DNA of 64,000 bases from Balanoglossus misakiensis (lineage: Eukaryota > Animalia > Hemichordata). The DNA is taken from positions 13,118,327 to 13,182,326 of the forward strand of contig CM082582.2 in NCBI GenBank assembly GCA_040954595.2. The letters are read 5' to 3'. The notes beneath the pieces were generated by a model. It saw only the letters and a list, made by a program, of their open reading frames with translations. It was not told where the DNA came from and made no database searches. A program made the position numbers and the translations under genes. This document shows positions 53,641 through 64,000 of this stretch, one piece after another (positions within the stretch are counted from its first letter, which is position 1; every line of letters starts with the position of its first letter).

Positions 53641-56600
53641 CTACTTCTGGACTGAGAAGAAGATAATACGCATGTTGATCGTTTTAGCCGCCAACAACTT
53701 ATTGCATTCTGTGTAGTTGGTCAGAGGAAGCTCTTTGTAGTCACTCTCGAAGTCTTCATTGCTGAACTCGCAGCGGTAGATGACAGGATTCACCTTCATG
53801 TCACCAAAGGGACCCTTAAGAACAGTGTAGTACAAATCCATGGTGGAGTTGCAAGCCAGTCGACTCTTGAGGATCACTTGATAACTCATGGTGCGCATGT
53901 AGGTCAAGCTTGGTTCCCGTTGATTGTCGTTGATGCGAGCCTTGATCACCCACTGGTGATCCAGAGCCGAAAACCGACTTGTTTCGTAGTAGAGACGAGG
54001 GATAAAGTCATCCGATCGGTATGGTCTCATCTGCAAATCTATAACAGAAGTATTCCATCAGTAAGGCAGGAATAGTACTCCAATTTTCAGGATTTTTTTT
54101 TACCTGCATTACTTTATTTGTCATCTAAACATTTGGAAAAGTTTGGGGAAATATTACAATAAAATGTCTGATCCAAACAAATACTGAAACATTTTGAAAA
54201 GCTTTGGTAAACAATTTTAGAAATGGATCTTGTTAATTTATGAACCTATGCATATTTAGGTGCCAGTGGGAAATTCTGATTTGAAAATTTTCTCATGGTA
54301 TGTTTTCAGTTCAAGAATGTACCTTCAAAACTCCAGATCCAAAACAATTTATAATTTGCAAGATTTTAGTCATCTGTTGTATTGATCTGTTGTATATTTC
54401 TATATTTTCTAGACTTTTCTTTATGATAAATGTAGCATTTTCTGTAACTTGGCTTTCCTGTTTCAGTGTTATTAACAATAAATAACTCAAAATATGAATA
54501 TGCTGATATTTCAATGATTTTTTGTCACATATTGTTTCATTTCCCATGGGTGTGAATGTAGATCATGTAACGACAAATAAAAAACTGCGACATTATTGAA
54601 TATGAAGTAAAACAGTAGAATATAAAAAAGATGTTATTGTGAATGCAGCTGATTTTGAAGAGCACAAACTCCAACAGGCAACCAGGCAATTCTATGTCCA
54701 AATAAAGTTATTTCAGAATTTAGAAATTGAACATTTGCAGCACATTAAGATTATATTAAAGGAATGTTTAATCACAACTATTCATCTACTCTTTGTTCAT
54801 TACAATATTCATATGCACATCACAAGAATTCAGCTTCTGAGATCAAAACACAGGTCATTGTGTGAATACACACAACTTCCTACATGTGCAAACATATTTA
54901 ATAAATTTGCATGTAAAATGGCCATTTTAGTTTTATTTATGGAAATTTCAAAGGTTTGCACAACTGGAAAACACTTGTACGTAATTTCTGGATCAAATAT
55001 TTATTCACCATCATGCATAATATATAAATGTCAGTGTTTGTCTTTCGGGAGTTGAGAAGGATAAGAGATCACAAAAGCTGATATCTTGTATCTTATTTGA
55101 ACTAATGGCTCTAGTTTTTATTCCTCTTTCACTTCTATTTTTCCTCCACTTCTCTGATCACTCACTATAAATCTTAGCAACACTGGTTGAATTTGAAGCC
55201 AAACTGGAGTTTTCATTGCCCTTTACAGCAAGTTACACACTTGCAAACAGGAATACTGTGGGTAAATAGCCTAGTAGGTGATTGGGTATTTAAGTGCTAT
55301 TGGGAGAAATTATCGTGGCCTACGGGTGAGGGGTACCAGACTCATAATCAGAGGATTGTGGGTTCGACATCCGGACATGGCCGTGGAATTTCTATCAAGG
55401 GAAGAAAGGAAAGAACTTGGTGCTCAGTAAACACAGCACATCTGCATGATTTGCAATGGGTATATTAGTAGGAACTACATTCATAAATTAGGGTGGGTGT
55501 ACCAGTGACCATAATCATTATTGGTGGTGGTGATTACAATCTCTACTTTGTCAAAATCAATAATCTAGATCAAACACTTTGAATTGTGAGATTTTATCAG
55601 TTTGCAGTGTGTACCAGACCGAGGACATTGAAAGATTTCCAGTAGGCAATACATCATTGACATTTTAGGATATTCTGTGTGGATTGATAGTGTTAATAAA
55701 ATATTTCCCTAAATAGAAATGACATATTATCTGCCATGATAATGTTATCTTTTTAAATTTTTCATCTGCATGGGTTTGCTTCATACTTAAAGAGACAAAG
55801 TCTCTCTCTCGCTGCCCTTTTCCATTTATTATGTTTGATACAAGATACCGTTGATGTTATTCTACATGTGGATATATAGTGAATCAACATTCGACCACAC
55901 AACTTCCATCCTCCAAGATAGAACTCTTAATCCCTACAGCATACTGGCCAATTTTACCATTATGTTCCATATCACAATTGTCAATTCTTGCCCTGTACTA
56001 TTTTCAGTATCATGTCCGAAATGAAATTCTCAATCTTCATCCTGTATTCATTCATTCATTCGTTCGTTCGTTCGTTCGTTCGTTCGTTCATTCATTCATT
56101 CATTCATTCATTCATTATGCTAGAGAAAGTACCAGTTAATCTCTGATGAACCTAAATTGCAGTAAAACAGCCCTTATATTTTTGCTCTGTACGAAGCAAA
56201 CCCATAACAGTAGTGCTTTTTGATTTAGCAACTTCTGATTGGAACAATTGTCAATTCTTTTCATTTTTCTCAAATTTGGAGTACATGTACGTTGTCAACC
56301 CAACTTCAACAGAAAGCATTCACTAACTTCTAGGTGCCACTTGTTAGGCTATACCCTGGTCAAACTGTGTTCCAAATACCATCAGCTTGGCTATAAAAAA
56401 GTATAACTTCTTGAAGGTACATTCTGGCCCCGGCTACAAATTTATTTGTCCGGACTATACTCTGGTCCTTGTACAATCTCAAGGCAATTTGTTGTATTGC
56501 ATCCCTGGTCCAGTTAGTCAGTTCACATCAATCAAATTCCACTAAATAGATTGTCTATGCTCTTGTCCAACCAGATCAAAATGGCAGCTTAAATCTTATG

Positions 56601-59600
56601 GACTGGTCTCATGAGATTCTAAGTGTCACTTACAGACCTGCACATGGCTTCAGTTATATTCTAAATTCCACTTGTGGTACACCCTGGTCAACTACTTGGA
56701 GTCCACACCCCACCTGAAGTCTATACTCTGGTCAAATAAGACTCTAAAAGCCATCGGTTAGCCTATAGTCTTGTCCACTTAGACTACAAAAAGCATTTGT
56801 TCACCTATATGCCCTAGTCCACTACTAAATGGCACTTTATAGCCTATAAAAACTTAAGTGCATTAAGCAATCAATTAGTCTATACTATAGCCACTCCAAA
56901 TTCAAAATGTCCATTTTATGTATTTATCAGAATCATACTCTTACAGAGTGTAGTTATCAGAAATGACTCAGCTAGTCAATGTGTATCTGTTGAAGTCAGG
57001 TTGACAAATTTCTTACACTGTACAGCAAATCAATTGCTACACATTTGTGCATTGAAAGCACATTCTAAATATGGACAATTACTGCTGCAATTGTAAAGAG
57101 ATTTTGGGAAATATGGGGAAAATATTTTTCACTTGAAACCCAAACAAAGGGAAGTGAAATTTGACTGTTGGTCAGAGTGAGATTCTCCAAACTGATACAA
57201 ATGTCTTTGCCTGGTTTTGGTTGGAATTTGTCTCCAATGGTTGGAGGAATGTATTGCCACACACACGCACTCATGCACACGTAAACAAGTATGTTATAAC
57301 CTGAGTCCTGAGTACATTGCATGGTGGAATTTCTCGCCAATTGGTTCGGTTCGGATAAAAAAAAATAAAGGAAAAAAAAAAACAAGAAAAAGAAAACAGA
57401 AAAACAAAAACAAAAGTAGAGATCTCACTACAATATTAACCATTCAATGATATCTTCTCAAAGGACAGGAGGCTGAATATATGGCTGTATACTTTCATCT
57501 CCTCTGCACGATTTTGGTCTATGGTTTGCAGGGCTTCCATGATTTCTGCCCCGTTCTTTTTTGGGCGACAGCACAGCTGCTCGTGTTCCTTTAGTTCATG
57601 ATATGGTCCGCACCATGTACAGCCAATGCGCTGAAACTTGCAATTTGTCAACCTAGTTGATAGTTCCAGGTAGTCAATATACAGTATGGTAGTCAGGATT
57701 AGATCACTAAACATCAACTATAATTATCATCAGAGAGGTGAAATTACATGTCAATTTCAAAGGGAAAAAAAGCGACACTGTACAGGAAACAGTAAAAAAA
57801 TTTCTAACTACAGTAATAATGATGATCTGTATTAGACTACGGCAACAATGATGGTCTGTGTTCAACCTGTACTTCTTAATTCTCTTCTCTTGATGATAAG
57901 ACCCTGCGGATCATTCATAGAGTGTACTCTCAATACAAACAACAGTTTCACAGCAGTGACAAATATCAGGGAATAAACACCGGTATAAATTATGTGATAA
58001 GGCAGAGATTGATGCATCAAAGATTTGGCAGAAACGTCAAAGAGACATGACATGATACACACACTCATCTAAATCTATTTCTCTGACAGTTAGTATTGGT
58101 GTGAATTATCTTCAGGTTTTTATCATATTGTCCTGGTGCCAAGGGTGACTAAATGGATTTTTAATTTAAGTACTTTTATGATTATAAAAGACATAATAGT
58201 TGTCTAATTCAAAGTTTATTTTGATGTAATTTTGAACTTCAAAATCATTATGAAATTTAACACACATTCCATATATTATTATTATTCAGTAAAACATTGA
58301 TATTCAACATTGTCCAGTCAAACCTGTCAAACAGTACGTCATACGAACACACATATGTGATTACATGTCCAAGAAATCACAAACACAGACATAGAAACAT
58401 ACATAGATACATACATACATACATAAATAGATATATAGATATAGACAGACAGACAGACAATAATGATAAACATGTAAAGTCTAATTATGATTGGTAAATT
58501 ACAATGTACATCCAAAAACATTGGTATTAATTACTCTACCTTTAATTTCTAGAAAAATCATTACTCTTCACCCATTTCAATTTCAATATCTAGTTAAATT
58601 GAATTAGTTTAGAAGTATAAATGTACCGTTATTTTACTAGTCACCTTTGGCTATCTTGGAAAGATTCTGTCTGACATTTATACTGACTTTCATTGACCTG
58701 GGTGGTACAGTTCTATTTCTGGATGAAGTGAGTGATACAGATATCTTATCAGCCATTTGCATTACCCCTATATGACCTTTTAATTCTGGTTTTTCATTGA
58801 CAATCATCCATCAGTTTGATTTTACATTAAGTAAGCCAATCATGCTATATATACTGTCATGTGCTAATCAAAGCCGGCATCAAATGACCTCACACTTGTG
58901 TATTCACTTGAGTTTCTTGTTAGGCCATATCAATTAATGTTAATTTATGAAAACTAAATTTTCTCTGTTCTCTGATTATTTTTACTGATTTCAGGCAGAG
59001 TGCACATCAAACATTAATGCTGCAATCTTCTTATTTTTCATGATTTTGACTTTCAGATGTAGTTGAGTGACAAAAGTTAAGCACCAAATAATTGCCATTA
59101 AAATGAACAGGTGTGATATTGTACAGCAGGTGTATTTGATGTGATCTCGGCCTTTCAGTATCAGCTACCCATGCAGTGAGTTTTATTTCCAGTACCACAT
59201 TGTTCTTCTGTTTCAAAAACACTAAAATTGCTAATCAGCTATAGACTTTATTCTGTTAGTATCACTTGAAATTAAAACTCTACAAACTCATTAATGCTGT
59301 GTGTATCATGTCTTTGTCTCTGTGATGGTGAGAATAGTTTCTCTCTCTGTATTTTCTTGTCTCCCAACAACGTTGTTGTCTTCAAGTTGACCGTGATGCA
59401 AAATGCAGCAAAGCTCATATTGAAAGAGTCTGAGGACGGTCTGCTAAAGTGATCAAGCATATCATGTCAACAACACAATGAATAAAACAGTAAATAAAAT
59501 GATAAAATAAAACCAATAATTATGATGAGTGTGACAGTAAATCGTGGTATCCATTTCCAATGTATCTGTGAAGACTGGTTTCAGTCCTAAGACAGTAGAT

Positions 59601-62600
59601 GGAATTCATTCATAGTGAATACTGATATCTCATGGAATTTTTTGTAAGCGTCATATAGTTCAGAATACTGTGATGAGATTTTTGAGACTGGGCAAATAAA
59701 ATTAAATTCACAATCATTTTGCTAGTTCCAATCATTCAGAGTGGAAAATATTTTCTTACCTTGTATAATCACAATTACCTGGTTCTGTCTCTCCATAAGC
59801 TTTATGTGTGGTAAAGTATCAACAAGGCCTTTCAAAATAAATTGTTTTGGGGATTTATTTATTTTGTTATAATCGCACATTGCCAGTATAGAAAACTTTA
59901 GAAAAGTATATTCCATATGACTAAACAAACAAATGACCAAACAAACAAACAAGTTCTTCATATCAAACTTTGTATAGACAGGATTGTTCAAAATAGATTT
60001 TGTTCAAAATATAAGATAGACTTGAAAATATTCTTCTCAGATAACAATTTTTGCAAACACAAATTCAAGTTGATGAACACATCAACTGGTCTCACAAAAT
60101 TTGGAATAAAATAATGATGCTAGGATTATCACAACCAGGCAGGATTGAGAGACAATATCTTTCACTCATGATGAATGAAACTAGCCAAATAATCTCCATT
60201 GGAATGTATACTAAGATTTACACGTCATGCAACGAGTAAAACATAATGAATGTGTTAGGATCAGTCTATATGGCAAGTACAGGAACAGATAAGAAAAGCA
60301 TGATGATCTTTACACATAGCACTCACATGAAATAGCATGCATACATGTATATATATGCAGAATAACGTGCAACAAAAAGTGAGTTATTCAGAGTTCTGCA
60401 CATTAAGAAAACAACAATCTATTTTTGGCCGAGAGTTGTCTTGGTATTTTGTTGTAATTTATCTCAGACCTGGTGTTTATTCCCTGATGCATTATTAATA
60501 CACAGTTTTTCTCTCTCACTCTCAATGCGGAATGCTGCGTCAAAAAACTTGGCAGAGTCAAGATCAAACAAAAGCAAGAATTCGCTTAAATGGTATCGTG
60601 AGGAAAATGCCCACTTTTGGCACTTAATTTGAAGTTGCTCTTGAACTATGGAAGCCAGATTCTTATAGCTTATAAGATCTGAGTGCTCAACCCCCAAAAT
60701 GTAACAGTATAAATGGATCCTGGCTAAGCCACGCCTCAGTAAAACCAACTGGTTTTAAATCATGTCCCAGATTGCATCATAATGAGTATGGGTTTTTTTA
60801 ACCCTTAAACTCTATAAGCCATGAAACATTTCCAGTTTTCAAAGATTTGTACTCCTATGACTTTAAATGTATAAGAAATTTTTGCAGCATTTAAGGATTG
60901 ACAATGTCAGTAATTATTATAATATAAATCTGCAACATGACCAATAGGCTTTACTGAGGCACGGCTTTGATTTGTACTACTTGATTTTAAAGGTACAACA
61001 TGCATTCATTATATCACACTATATGAATCCTATCACCATATTCAAACATAGATTTATTCTGTAGTACAATGATGACCTCTTGCCAAGTGACCTAGGCGAC
61101 ATTACCTTTGATACAGAAACATTACAGCACCTTTGCTCTGGGTAATCTTTTCAGCAAAGTGTGCAAATACAGTTTTAATCATAAAACTTTTGAAATATCT
61201 ATATTACAATTATGAATTTAGCCTCAGTTGTGGGAGTTATTAAATTTATGTAATTTTCATGAATAATAAATTATTATGATTGGCAAGGAAGACAAAGTGG
61301 TTTCTATGGTGACAGACAAAGGATAATTTCATTGCACCCATATTGTATACTAACATTTCTCTAACAATTTTGTACAACATTCTTTTTTTGTAAATGCATT
61401 AACTTTTCGAGGTACATGGTGTATTTATTTCCAATACTCTACCCCTGCAGGTAGATTTCCCTTTGAATGAAAAAGACAATGAAGTCCCAGTGGGATGCAA
61501 ACAAACAATTATCATGTAATCAAATTTAAGATTCATTTAAACCCCATTCTATGCAAATCACATTGTGTTTAAGGGTCTGGCATTCGTCCAATTTCAACTC
61601 ACTAATGTTATTCATGAATAACGAAATTCATTACTCGAATTGCTGGCACAAATCTAGTCATCTACCTGGGAGTATTGATCTGGGGCTGACAACTAACAGC
61701 TTTGTAATGTCCTCTGTGATTGGTCAAGGGTGTTTGTCATTTGTGATTTATACCAAGGCACTGTGGGCCGCCCCTTGACCCTTGACCTGACGAAGCAGAG
61801 TAACCTCACAACACTTTGGTAGCTAGCCTAACCATATCAATGTTTTTTTCTTTCTTATCTATGATATGCACCCACATGTGGCTTTTATTAGTCTTTGCAA
61901 GGGATTAGTTTTTAGTTTTTTTGAGAGGACAGTGAAAATAAAGTGATTTTCTGTCAGTCATGAGAAACTGGAATCTGTTTTAAAGACAAAATTTCAAATG
62001 AACTCCTCATTTCATGAAGACAACCACATGTGAAACACAAATCTGACAAACAAGCAACTTGATATTTCCCAGCACTCCATTGCATCTGACCTCAGAAGAT
62101 TATAATTTGCAAACCCATCAATACACCATTGAAGCATGAAACTTACTTCGGTGATTTTGACTCTACCAAGATAAGCCTAGTATAAATGCTTTTCTCAGCA
62201 GTTTTTCTGTGTGCATTGATTCAAGAACTGTGAAGTCAATGCATGGGCAGTGATTGAAGTCTACCCAATTTTACGTGGTGTATGTAGGTGGGACTTTGTT
62301 GTGTGTTTTGTTGTGGTTTTTGTTGTTGTTGTCATCAATATTTACCTCTCGGGACATTGCTCTCTTTGATGAAAATCCAAGGTGTTTCTTGGAAGGTAGT
62401 GGCTACAGAACTGACATGCAGCAGGCAGTTCACGCACAGCCTTCTCAACCGCCAGGTTTCTTGAGCACAGACTACGGCTGATCTCACAACGGCAATTTGG
62501 ACAGGTGGCCTGTTCGTTCTTCAGCCGTGCATCAGCGAGCAGATGGGTGAAACATACAGCGCACATCAAATGTCCATTCATACACTGTATGGGGGAAATA

Positions 62601-63881
62601 AAACAAATATATATATTTGAGAGTTGTCATTATACCTTGCATCACTGAAGCGCTTGGAACAGTTGCATTTCATGCAATAGACATCTACAAATCCACCTGC
62701 TTTATTCACAAAAACAGTCCAGTTTTGCTTCTTGGTCGTTTTTTCATGGTAATTAGCCAGATGGTACAAATATGGTGTTGTACACAATTTAATATCGGGT
62801 GTTTACCTATAATTATTTCACATTTTCTATATTGTGGTTAGATCTTGTGAAAAAAACATGTGATCATGTTTTACAGTGACAGTAAAATGCAATGACACCT
62901 CATTTTATTTAAAGTTGAATCATTTGGAAAGATCAAACCTGACAAATTGGCAAAGGCATGGTGTTATATGTAACACACGGTCAAATGAAGTGAGTAACAG
63001 CTGTCGACCTTTAGAAAATATTGATAACTTATCGTAACGTAACCTTTATGAATAATTGCATACGTGGGCGAACGGTCAAAATTTTTTGTTTTACTTTATA
63101 GTCCGCATATCAACCGCGGTGGTAATGTTGTCTTAATAAATACTTTATAATATGGCTGTAATTTACGTTATGACTGGGTTAAAAAAGTACAGCAGCACGT
63201 CAGTACTATCAACGAAATAAAAAATATTGTACCAGACAAAAATGGGTGTGGCTGGAGGTCGCTACACGGTCGCCAGGGGCCAGCTAACCTACAAGCCACT
63301 TCCGATTAAGTATCAATCACGTTCATTGAAACAAATGGCATTTTGTGAAAATGTACCGTGTAACATTAAATTCTCTTCGTGTTCTGACTGACAAGTGTTA
63401 CCTAGCATATTCATTTAGTTCTGTAAAATATTTCCATTGAGTTTGGCCGCATCCAGAAAGGGGCGTATTGCGTCATCAACAAAATAAAAACACTGGATTC
63501 TGAACACCGAAAAACACCCTTTTCTGTGATGGCCCCAGCATAAAATTTCAACTTTTCCCCTTAGAGTACAGTTTAGAGTAATAACATCATGTCTGAAATC
63601 AACATTTACACAGAACGTTTGGTATGTAGGTAATTTCAGGGAATTTTAGGCCACAGTTGCCGAGCAAATCGAACCTGGTAGATCGCTGCCGGGGGTAGGT
63701 CTAAACAGACCGCACAACAGAGGATTCCGTTCAGTCTTTGCTCCAGTTTTTCTTCCACAGGGATTTTCTCGTCATCAATCTTCGCTTTCTTTTTGATCGG
63801 TTCTTCGGTATCAATTTTCATTTCCTTCGTTTCTCGACTTTCGTCGATGTTCGCGGTGGATGCGATTGCAACGTCCGCCAT
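53641..63881 (-). CDS. CYHR1: Cysteine- and histidine-rich protein 1 / zinc finger TRAF-type-containing 1 (RING-like + TRAF-type zinc finger), 4 exons, about 351 aa
   Basis: Exons 63881-63675, 62584-62346, 57652-57441, 54038-53641 (1056 nt, phases consistent). Motifs [104 protein letters not shown]. Confidence 0.93.
55310..55470 (+). mobile_element. Decayed tRNA-derived SINE (or tRNA-Met-like pseudogene head) in the last intron of CYHR1
   Basis: A-box-like TGGCCTACGGG, anticodon-loop-like CTCATAA, B-box GGTTCGA; acceptor and T stems do not pair; followed by SINE-body-like ...ctcagtaaacacagc...aatgggta. Confidence 0.55.
56046..56116. repeat. Compound tetranucleotide microsatellite (ATTC)n(GTTC)n(ATTC)n
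   Basis: Directly visible tandem array. Confidence 0.9.
56345..56895. repeat. Highly degenerate minisatellite, core CTATAC(C/T)CTGGTC(A/C)A, often about 40-45 bp apart
   Basis: Core variants near 56349, 56417, 56455, 56497, 56555, 56677, 56721, 56763, 56805, 56880. Confidence 0.55.
58385..58460. repeat. Compound (ATAC/ATAG/AGAC)n microsatellite
   Basis: Directly visible. Confidence 0.75.
60798..60901. mobile_element. Degenerate TTAA-type MITE
   Basis: Imperfect inverted ends ttaacccttaaa...tttaaggattga. Confidence 0.35.
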
Positions 63882-63914
63882 GTTTGTTGATGTTTCTCTC
63901 TTGGAACGTAGTGA

Positions 63915-63969
63915 TGACGTCACTGATAACCAATGACATCTCGTTTCTCATCCACGAGACTTGACCAAT
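63915..63969 (-). promoter_or_regulatory. CYHR1 proximal promoter: palindromic CRE and two CCAAT boxes
   Basis: TGACGTCA at 63915-63922; CCAAT at 63930-63934 and 63965-63969, immediately upstream of the ATG at 63881; CpG-rich context. Confidence 0.55.
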
Positions 63970-64000
63970 AGCATTGTTTATTTCATCTGTCAATTTCATT

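Noticed and set aside
55310-55390. Functional tRNA-Met gene
   Set aside because: The CAT anticodon loop and B-box are present, but the stems do not pair and SINE-like body sequence follows.
56345-56895. CRISPR-like repeat/spacer appearance
   Set aside because: Eukaryotic intron, degenerate short cores, irregular spacing and no cas genes.
63882-63923. Longer CYHR1 N-terminus (MTSSLRSK...) from the ORF track
   Set aside because: It starts at a GTG overlapping the CRE; the ATG at 63881 has good Kozak context (AACATGG).

Overview
Intron-rich, AT-rich animal genomic DNA from an invertebrate; a non-chordate deuterostome such as a hemichordate or echinoderm is plausible but cannot be proven from the sequence. 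Four protein-coding genes were reconstructed by hand from GT-AG boundaries with frame and phase checks. (1) A complete 19-exon Venus kinase receptor (VKR) on the minus strand (9456->653, about 1446 aa), with a glycine-betaine-binding-protein-like module in front of its Venus flytrap domain. (2) A complete Piezo mechanosensitive channel on the minus strand (46676->12239, 45 core exons, about 2452 aa). (3) An intronless TMEM276-like membrane protein on the plus strand (49406-50161). (4) A 4-exon CYHR1/ZFTRAF1 on the minus strand (63881->53641, about 351 aa). The most interesting signal is an apparent system of alternative N-termini for Piezo. An upstream exon (48087-47815) splices in frame onto exon 1 and adds about 100 aa with a calmodulin-binding-like basic helix. 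An exon inside intron 1 (41167-40888), with its own promoter-like region, carries a second diverged copy of TM1 plus about 75 aa of extension. Frame-preserving cassette/micro-exons also occur, one at the lateral plug/latch junction. Repeats include MITEs, a tRNA-derived SINE, microsatellites and a decayed minisatellite. No prokaryotic systems are present. All splice models are predictions without transcript data, and comparisons to known proteins are from memory, not database searches.
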